A program made the translations under genes and the position numbers. A stretch of 63,930 nt of DNA, filler included. It is 4 parts of 4 records of this genome, joined end to end, with 100 filler letters (N's around TTAATTAATTAA, not from the genome) between each part and the next. Parts side by side here need not be neighbours in the genome. Positions count along the whole stretch, not along the records: positions 1 to 28,698 come from DRR723986_9008; 3 more parts are not named here. One strand, written 5' to 3'. The stretch's first letter is position 1, and each line of letters begins with the position of its first letter. Below the pieces are notes generated by a model. It was not told where the DNA came from, did not search any database, and saw nothing but the letters and a program-made list of their open reading frames with translations. This document shows positions 9,816 through 17,032 of this stretch, piece by piece.

Positions 9816-9957
9816 GGGGCAGATCCAATGTAGAGGTGAAACAAAAGGACTTTGAAAATCATCAACTTCAGAGTCTTAACAACTCCGGGGCGCTAAAATC
9901 AATTGATTTGCAGCTTTCGCAGGTTGCGTTAGGATCAAGCCCTGAGGGAGGACGTGC

Positions 9958-10347
9958 GTGACCGCAGAGCTTCAAACCGCTTTGCTCCTGCTGCTTTTGC
10001 TGGAGATCAAACATCTGTTTGCGGATTTTTTTCTGCAAACGCCGCGCATGTTGTCCGGTCGCGGGCAGTACGCTCATTTGGGTCGGGCGCAACATGCGGG
10101 GCTGCATGCAGCATTTTCTGTCTGTGCGCTGTTGATCTGCGGTGCTCCGCTGGTGTTTGTTGTCATCCTTTGTCTGGCGGAACTGGTTGTGCACTACCAC
10201 ATTGATTGGGCCAAAGGGGTGCATTCAGACAAGACCGGATATACGCCCACCGATCCGGGGTACTGGCGGGCCTTCGGGGTCGATCAGTTTTTGCACCAGC
10301 TTACTTACATTGCGATGGTCTGGGCTTGGACGGTCTTTACGCTCTGA
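9958..10347 (+). CDS. DUF3307-like small membrane protein
   Basis: Pattern HLFADFFLQ / HAGLH / HYHIDWAK / DQFLH; RBS GAGGGAGG. Confidence 0.75.
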   Translation: MTAELQTALLLLLLLEIKHLFADFFLQTPRMLSGRGQYAHLGRAQHAGLHAAFSVCALLICGAPLVFVVILCLAELVVHYHIDWAKGVHSDKTGYTPTDPGYWRAFGVDQFLHQLTYIAMVWAWTVFTL

Positions 10348-12055
10348 CGGCTTTTGCTGCGAAGTTCGGCACCGGCTCGGCATAGCCTTTCAGGGCGATT
10401 GGTGCCAAAGTTTCAAATGCAACGCCGTCCAGATCGCCGCTGGCATCGCGGGTCGCCTGATCCAACAGAACCTGCCCCGGATCGGCCTTTGAACAGAGCC
10501 GCGCAGACAGGTTCACCGTGGAACCCAAAACGGTGAAATCCATCCGTTCTCGGGCACCCATGGCACCAACAACCACTTCACCGGATGCGATGCCAATGCC
10601 GACATGCAGGTTGTAGTCGGGAAACTTCATCAACAGATCTTGCATCGCGCTGGTGATTTTCACCGCACATTGCACCGCGCGGGTCTCCATTTCGTGGCCT
10701 TCAAATACCGCAACAAGGGCGTCACCGATGAACTTGTCAACATCGCCCTGATGTTCTTCGACGATGTCGGTTTGGACATCAAAATACTGGTTCAACGCTT
10801 CAATCACGACTTCGGGCGGCACGCGTTCGGAAAACTCTGTATAGCCGCGAATATCGGTGAAAATGACAGAGACCCGCCGCCGTTGCCCGCCGCGTGACAT
10901 GCCCGCCTCATGCGATCCCTGAATGGCGTTCATGGTGCCGTGGCTGACAAATTTCATCAGCTCCAACCGTTCGCCCAGATGGCCGATCATCTGGTTGATC
11001 CGGTGAGACAGGTCACCGATTTCATCGCGCGAATTTACGTTTTGCACACGGGCGCTGAAATCACCGCCACCGACCTTTTCCGCCACGCTGCCAATCTCAA
11101 GGATGGGTTTGGTCAGTCGCCGGGCAAAGATCAATGCACCCACACTTGCAATCGCAAAGCCCAGAAGGCCAACAATCAGGATCTGTTCTGTGATCGCATT
11201 CACCACGCCGTAGGCTTGATCCTCGCTTTGTTCGGTCACCACGGCCCATGGAAACCGATTTGGAAAGGCATAAGCGCCCAGCATTTTGGTGCCATCCGTG
11301 CGGGTATAGCCTTGCAAGGTGTCGGCTCGGGCGTTTGCCGTGATCAGGGGCATCGCAGAACGGACCAAAGACCGGTCTTTCAACGACACAGGCTCTGCTG
11401 TCAGAACCGTTTGCCCTTGCGGATCAATCACAGAAATTTCCCCACGCGCCGAGAACGGGTGATTTGCTACCAGCGCCGCCATAGACGCAAGATTGATCTT
11501 GGCGGCGAAAGTCACCTCGCGACCCGCGATCTTGGTTTCCAGCGGCAGGGCAATGGTTGCGATCCAATCGCCGGTCGCGTCCAGCTGATCAATCAGCGGT
11601 TTGCCATAGGCGCCGCGCGCCCGCAGATCAGCCAGAAGTTCTGGAGAGGTGCTGAGCGTGGTGACGGGGTCAAGACCCGCCGCATCAAGCCGCTGGGCAA
11701 AGCCCTGGTCCGGGGCAAGGATTGGCAATTTTGATCCGTCGATTGCCAGTTGCAGGGCGACCACCTGTGGCAGTTCCTGTATGCCCAGTGTCAGCAAGGA
11801 CACCTTTTGTTGCACGTCAAGATCGGGGCTGTCGATGCCGTTGCGGATCACCTGAAGCGGAGAAAGCCAACGGCCCTGAAATTCGTTGTCGAAGGCGCGG
11901 CGCAGTTGGCTGGCAACGGCGGTCAGATCTTCGTTGGCGGCGCTTTTTAATTCGTCGCGTGTCAGCTTGGTCAGGTTCTGGCCAACAATGGCCAGCGGAA
12001 GAACGGCAAGCAACGTCGCAAAGAGGAAAAATTTGATGCGTAATGGAAATCTCAT
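10337..12055 (-). CDS. Membrane class III adenylyl cyclase (TM, periplasmic Cache-like sensor, TM, HAMP, cyclase)
   Basis: FTDIRGYT, VDKFIGDAL and DFTVLGSTVNLSARL retain the metal-binding Asp pair, ATP-specifying Lys/Asp and Asn/Arg; HAMP motif RDEIGDL. Confidence 0.92.
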   Translation of the reverse strand: MRFPLRIKFFLFATLLAVLPLAIVGQNLTKLTRDELKSAANEDLTAVASQLRRAFDNEFQGRWLSPLQVIRNGIDSPDLDVQQKVSLLTLGIQELPQVVALQLAIDGSKLPILAPDQGFAQRLDAAGLDPVTTLSTSPELLADLRARGAYGKPLIDQLDATGDWIATIALPLETKIAGREVTFAAKINLASMAALVANHPFSARGEISVIDPQGQTVLTAEPVSLKDRSLVRSAMPLITANARADTLQGYTRTDGTKMLGAYAFPNRFPWAVVTEQSEDQAYGVVNAITEQILIVGLLGFAIASVGALIFARRLTKPILEIGSVAEKVGGGDFSARVQNVNSRDEIGDLSHRINQMIGHLGERLELMKFVSHGTMNAIQGSHEAGMSRGGQRRRVSVIFTDIRGYTEFSERVPPEVVIEALNQYFDVQTDIVEEHQGDVDKFIGDALVAVFEGHEMETRAVQCAVKITSAMQDLLMKFPDYNLHVGIGIASGEVVVGAMGARERMDFTVLGSTVNLSARLCSKADPGQVLLDQATRDASGDLDGVAFETLAPIALKGYAEPVPNFAAKAVRA

Positions 12056-12103
12056 GCGCGCACCTTAGAGCAGAAAACAGGCTCTGAATATGGGCTATCT
12101 GCC

Positions 12104-12143
12104 TGCAACGCGCCGCAACGGTTTGACCGCTGCGGCGCGTGCA
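12104..12143 (-). terminator. Strong GC stem-loop between PKD gene and cyclase
   Basis: TGCA-A-CGCGCCGCAACGGT-TTG-ACCGCTGCGGCGCG-TGCA; no clear U-tract on the minus strand. Confidence 0.5.
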
Positions 12144-12147
12144 AAAA

Positions 12148-15100
12148 TCAGTTGCGCGGCAGGGCTGTCACGATCGCGGTGTCACGGCCAACCCCACAGG
12201 CCAGTCCGGTTGTATCGCGTGCCTCGACCGTCACGGTATAGGTGCCGGGTGTTGCATAGCGATGCCGCGTTACCGCGCCTGTGCCGGTGGTCCCGTCGCC
12301 GTAGCTCCACCGCAGGTCGAGCCCTTGGCCATCCGCATCAGAAGCGTTGGATGCGTCAAAATCAGCAACATCGTGGGCCGCGCCCAGTTTTGTTGTGATG
12401 TCCGGCCCGGCATCGACGCTGGGTGTGTGATTGACCAGAACCGCAGCGCGGTCTGTTCCGGTGCCGCAGGTTAGGCCACTGTTGTCGGTCACAACCAGAT
12501 CAACGGTGACAGGACCAGCGGTGTCAAAGCTGCGTTCGACGCGGGGGCCGGTCAGGGTGACGCCATCGCTGAACTTCCACTCGAACTGTTCAATCAACCC
12601 GTCCAGATCACCAGATGCGCCCGCATCAAAGACGGTCACATCGCCAGGGCAGACCACGCGGTCCGGTCCGGCCAGCGCGGTTGGTGCGGAGTTGACCCGC
12701 ACATAACGTTCCTCGCGGCGTAGGCTGTTGGCGAGGTTTTTGCCGTCATCCAATGCCACGCTCACCGGGTAAAGACCCGGATTGGCAAACTGGTAGGACA
12801 CGTTGGCCCCTTCGGCGCGTACACCTGTGTCACCAAAGATCCATGCCACCTCGGTGCCCGATGGCACATCCACAGCCCAGGGCAATTCCACGGCGGGGCA
12901 GATCCATTGCGGCGCTTCGAGATCGGCAACCGGCGCGGGGTTCACCACGACTTCATGTTCGCGGGTGACGCGGCTGTTGCCGACGCCTGCGTCATCCGTC
13001 ACGGTCAAAGCCACGCGGTAGGTGCCGGCTTTCGCAAAACGGTGGGCGGGGCGCAGACCTTCGCTGGTGTTGCCGTCACCAAAGTCCCAGGCGTAGTTGA
13101 TGATCACGCCATCTGCGTCTTTGGAGGCGCCCGCATCAAAGATCACCGCCTCACCTGCAGCCATGGATTGCGGACCCTTGATATCGGCGGCCGGTGCCTC
13201 ATTGACCACAACCTTGCGGGTTGTCTCGATGGTGCTGCATCCTTGATTGCCGCCTGAAAGCTCGGTCTTCAGGGTCGCAAAATAGACGCCGGGTGTTTCG
13301 AAGATGTGCGATACCTCGGCCCCTTCTGCGGTTGCTCCATCGCTGAAGCTCCACTGATGGGAGGTCACAGAAGCCCCCTCAAGATCGCTGAGATCAATCG
13401 AGAAATTGGCGGGCATTCCAGCGGCGGCGCGTTCAGAGCCGACGATGGCCTGCGCAGGGGCTGCGACAACCTCAACATTCACGGTGTCGGTGTCCAGCGG
13501 GCTGCAAGCCCCCAAAGCTTCGCCGGTGATGGTCAGGTTGACCACGTAATTGCCCGGTTTCTTGAACCGGTATTCAGGGCGTTCACCGCTGGCGGTTCCG
13601 CCATCGCCAAAGGTCCAGGCAAAGGAGTTCACAGCGCCATCCGCATCGGTCGATCCAGAGCCATCAAAGCGCACGGCCTGATTGGTGCAGACGGTCATGT
13701 CCTCCCCTGCGTCAGAGATCGGCCCTTCGCGGATCAGGGCGGCGATACGGTCCACCGCGGTGCCCCAGTCGGTGCCGGTACCATTGCGCACGGTCAGGGT
13801 GACCGGATAGGCGCCGGGCTGTTCGTAGGTCTTGGACGGGTTCACCAGATCGGAGGTTTCGCCATCGCCGAAGTCCCAGGAATACAGCAGCAAACTGCCA
13901 TCTGGGTCGGAGCTGTCTGAGGCGTCAAACAGGATCGGCTGGCCGGAACACACATCCTTGTTGCCGCCTGCCACCGCAATCGGGCGGGTCTTGATCGTGA
14001 CAACCGTGGTATCGATGGCCTTGGCGTTTTTCAGGCCGGTGCCGTCATTGACGCGCAGGGTCACGGGATAGATGCCGGATTTTTCGTAAACATGGGTGAC
14101 CTGCACCCCTTCCATCGGGGCAGAGCCGTCACCGAAGTCCCAGACATAAATCAACGCATCCCCATCCGCATCCGAAGAGGCCGATCCGTCAAAGGAGACC
14201 TGCAACACCTCAGTATCAAGGCGCGGTCCGGCTTCGGCCACCGGCGCGTGATTGACCCGAATGGTCAGATCATCGGTATCTGTGGCGTTGGTCACGCCGC
14301 TGTCATCGGTCACGACCAATTGCGCGGACCAGACGCCGGGGGTGTCATAGGTGCGTTCAAACGTGGGAGCGGCGACAGGATCAACGCCATCGTCAAATTC
14401 CCACATGTAGCTGATGATCTCACCGTCCGTGTCGTAGGACAAACCGCCGTCAAAGCGCACCGGGTCTCCCGGCGCGACCAGCATATCGGCACCCGCTTCG
14501 GCCACGGGGGCAGCGTTAACGGTGATCAGTGTCTCGGCGGTGTCTGCCGCCGGACCACCGGAAAAGCCGTCTTTGACCGTCAGGCCAAACCGGTAGAGGC
14601 CGGGGCTGGCCAAGGCCACAGCAATGCGCTCGGCGGATTGGGTTGTGCCGTCTGGAAGTGACCATTCATGGGTGCTGATCCGGCCATCTGGGTCCAGCGA
14701 GGCGCGGCCAGAAAGGATGAACTCCTCATTCGGGGCCACAGTCAGTGGCGGACCTGCATCGGCGATGGGCGTGGCGTTGATCGTGATCGTCGTTGTGGCG
14801 CGGTCCACGTTCAGTGGCGCGGTGCTTTCGTCGCGGACGACCAGGGCAACTTCATAGATGCCGGGCCGTGCATAGGCGTGCACCGGGGTCGGCCCGTTGC
14901 CGGTTTGGCCATCGCCAAAGTCCCATTCGTAGGATGTAATGCCACCTTCGGGATCGAATGATCCGGTGCCATCAAACTGCACTTCGCTGGCGGTGACAAA
15001 TTGCGCCGGACCTGCGTTTGCCGTCGGGGCGGCATCAATCACGATCTGCTTTTCGATCTTTTGTATGGCCGAGGCTGTGCCGCTGTCATCCGTCACGGTC

Positions 15101-16995
15101 AGGGTCACGGTGTAGACCCCCGGTGTGGTCCAGGCGTATTCGACAGTCTCGCCATCCCCCAGCGCGCCATCGCCAAAATCCCACATGTAGGACAGGATCG
15201 ACCCATCGGGATCAACGCTTGCTTCGGCAGAAAGCTGGGCCGCTTCGGAGACAGAGACAGGGCGATCGGGAATGGTGAACATCGGCTCAGGCGGCGCGTT
15301 CACAACCACGATCAGTTGATCCCAGTCATAGTTGTTCTCGACGCCGCTGTCGTCTTTGACGGTCAGGGTGGCATAGTATGTGTCAGGCTTGGTGTAGGTG
15401 TGGCTGATCCGGGCACCTTCGATGATTGTGCCGTCGCCCATGTCCCAGACATAGGTCTTGAGCGCCCCGTCCACATCATAGCTGGCGCTGGCATCAAACA
15501 GCAGGGTTTGGCCGGTCTCGGCGGTTTGATCAGTGCCTGCCTCGGCCACAGGGGCAAAGTTGACGGTGATCAGACGGGTTTCTACGCCAAAGTTACAGGG
15601 GTGATCGCTGTTGTCTTCGACGCGCAGGTTGCTGCGGTAGGTGCCGGGTTTGTCATAGGTCTTTTCGGCATAGCTGCCAGCCGCGCCGGTGCCATCGCCA
15701 AAGCTCCAGATGTAGCGGCTGATCGGGCTGTCCGATGGCTCTGAGGTTGAACCGTCAAAGGGCACAACCTGACCGGGGGCGACTGTGACCGGATCGCCGG
15801 GTTTGGCCGTAGGGCCAGACCGGACATGCACGGGCACGGCAACGCTGGACCCGCGGCCCGCACGGGTGCCTTGTTCCATCACCTTGAGTGTCGCGGTGTA
15901 GCGGCCCGGCGCATCATAGCGGTGCGCGATCACGGATTGATCGGCGGTTTTGCCATCGCCAAAGTCCCAGATGTAGCTCAGCGGCACCCGCCCTTGCGAG
16001 GGGCTGGCGTCAAACGCCACGGCGCGGCAATCGGCGAGCGGGCTTGCGGTTCCTAGGGCGGTTGGACGGGCCGGATCAAGCGCTTTGACTGGCGGCATTT
16101 GCAGGCCGACGGCGGCGCCGTCCTTGTCAAACACCGAGACGGTCACATCATTGGGGGTTTCAAACCCGCCCTTAAGGCTCAGCGCCAATGCGCCGGTTTC
16201 CGGTGTGGCGCTGTCGATGGACCAATAGTTTTGGCCTGAAATCTGCAACGGGATATCGGTGTAGTCGGTCACAAAGGTCAAATCACCCTTGGCACCATCA
16301 AAGTTTTGTACTTTGAACGGTCCCTGCGCTGCGGGGTCCACGGTCACACGGGTGGCGGATGTGCCTGCGCTCCACCGGATGGTGGGTTGATAGGCAAACA
16401 TCGACAGGTCTTTGGGCGCACGGTTGCGGTCGCGCACGGTGCTGACGGCAACAGAGAACCCGTTGCCATCGTTGCCTGCGGTGCCATCCACATCAATGCG
16501 GAAATAGGCGCGACCATTCATGATCTCGCCCTGACGGGCACGCACGGTGCCCAGTGTCACCCAGCGGCCATCGGTGCCTTTGTCATAGCCGTATTCGGAC
16601 TGCGCCAATACCTTGCCGGGATCTGTTGCCAGTGTTGAAATCCGGGCGGGGCGTTCGCGTTCCTGCACCATGGCGGGGCGCGTTGCGCCGGTGAAGGCAC
16701 CTTCGCCGCCCATGATACGATAGGTCGTCAAGGAATCGCGCGGCCCGCCATAGGTGAAATCATCATTGCCGCTGGTTTCGGGGTCAAAGAGGCGCACATA
16801 GACACGGCCGGGCGTGTTTTCGGGAATGGAGAACAGGATCTGCTCGCGGTGATCCACGTCGCCTTCGGAACTGGGCGCAGAGACCCCGTAGACCACCAGC
16901 AGGCTGGCGGTATCAGCGGTGGTTTGGGCGCTCAGCGGCAGGGCAAACGCCGTGAGGGCGCTGGCAGCCAATGTGATGCGTTTCATCCAGTTCAT
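12148..16995 (-). CDS. Exported 1615-aa protein with 15 tandem PKD domains
   Basis: Sec signal (..ALPLSA/Q); 15 WDFGDG-like motifs, each followed by a H.Y..PG.Y.V.L.V-like segment; RBS GGAGGA. Confidence 0.9.
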   Translation of the reverse strand: MNWMKRITLAASALTAFALPLSAQTTADTASLLVVYGVSAPSSEGDVDHREQILFSIPENTPGRVYVRLFDPETSGNDDFTYGGPRDSLTTYRIMGGEGAFTGATRPAMVQERERPARISTLATDPGKVLAQSEYGYDKGTDGRWVTLGTVRARQGEIMNGRAYFRIDVDGTAGNDGNGFSVAVSTVRDRNRAPKDLSMFAYQPTIRWSAGTSATRVTVDPAAQGPFKVQNFDGAKGDLTFVTDYTDIPLQISGQNYWSIDSATPETGALALSLKGGFETPNDVTVSVFDKDGAAVGLQMPPVKALDPARPTALGTASPLADCRAVAFDASPSQGRVPLSYIWDFGDGKTADQSVIAHRYDAPGRYTATLKVMEQGTRAGRGSSVAVPVHVRSGPTAKPGDPVTVAPGQVVPFDGSTSEPSDSPISRYIWSFGDGTGAAGSYAEKTYDKPGTYRSNLRVEDNSDHPCNFGVETRLITVNFAPVAEAGTDQTAETGQTLLFDASASYDVDGALKTYVWDMGDGTIIEGARISHTYTKPDTYYATLTVKDDSGVENNYDWDQLIVVVNAPPEPMFTIPDRPVSVSEAAQLSAEASVDPDGSILSYMWDFGDGALGDGETVEYAWTTPGVYTVTLTVTDDSGTASAIQKIEKQIVIDAAPTANAGPAQFVTASEVQFDGTGSFDPEGGITSYEWDFGDGQTGNGPTPVHAYARPGIYEVALVVRDESTAPLNVDRATTTITINATPIADAGPPLTVAPNEEFILSGRASLDPDGRISTHEWSLPDGTTQSAERIAVALASPGLYRFGLTVKDGFSGGPAADTAETLITVNAAPVAEAGADMLVAPGDPVRFDGGLSYDTDGEIISYMWEFDDGVDPVAAPTFERTYDTPGVWSAQLVVTDDSGVTNATDTDDLTIRVNHAPVAEAGPRLDTEVLQVSFDGSASSDADGDALIYVWDFGDGSAPMEGVQVTHVYEKSGIYPVTLRVNDGTGLKNAKAIDTTVVTIKTRPIAVAGGNKDVCSGQPILFDASDSSDPDGSLLLYSWDFGDGETSDLVNPSKTYEQPGAYPVTLTVRNGTGTDWGTAVDRIAALIREGPISDAGEDMTVCTNQAVRFDGSGSTDADGAVNSFAWTFGDGGTASGERPEYRFKKPGNYVVNLTITGEALGACSPLDTDTVNVEVVAAPAQAIVGSERAAAGMPANFSIDLSDLEGASVTSHQWSFSDGATAEGAEVSHIFETPGVYFATLKTELSGGNQGCSTIETTRKVVVNEAPAADIKGPQSMAAGEAVIFDAGASKDADGVIINYAWDFGDGNTSEGLRPAHRFAKAGTYRVALTVTDDAGVGNSRVTREHEVVVNPAPVADLEAPQWICPAVELPWAVDVPSGTEVAWIFGDTGVRAEGANVSYQFANPGLYPVSVALDDGKNLANSLRREERYVRVNSAPTALAGPDRVVCPGDVTVFDAGASGDLDGLIEQFEWKFSDGVTLTGPRVERSFDTAGPVTVDLVVTDNSGLTCGTGTDRAAVLVNHTPSVDAGPDITTKLGAAHDVADFDASNASDADGQGLDLRWSYGDGTTGTGAVTRHRYATPGTYTVTVEARDTTGLACGVGRDTAIVTALPRN

Positions 16996-17032
16996 CGTCT
17001 TCCTCCATCCCTCAGGCGCAGCGCCCGAGAGG

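Noticed and set aside
12148-16100. Recurring GCCATCGCCAAAGTCCCA-like DNA repeats (possible CRISPR or DGR)
   Set aside because: They encode the WDFGDG motif of PKD domains, with variable third positions and ~260-bp spacing. No cas or reverse transcriptase genes are present.
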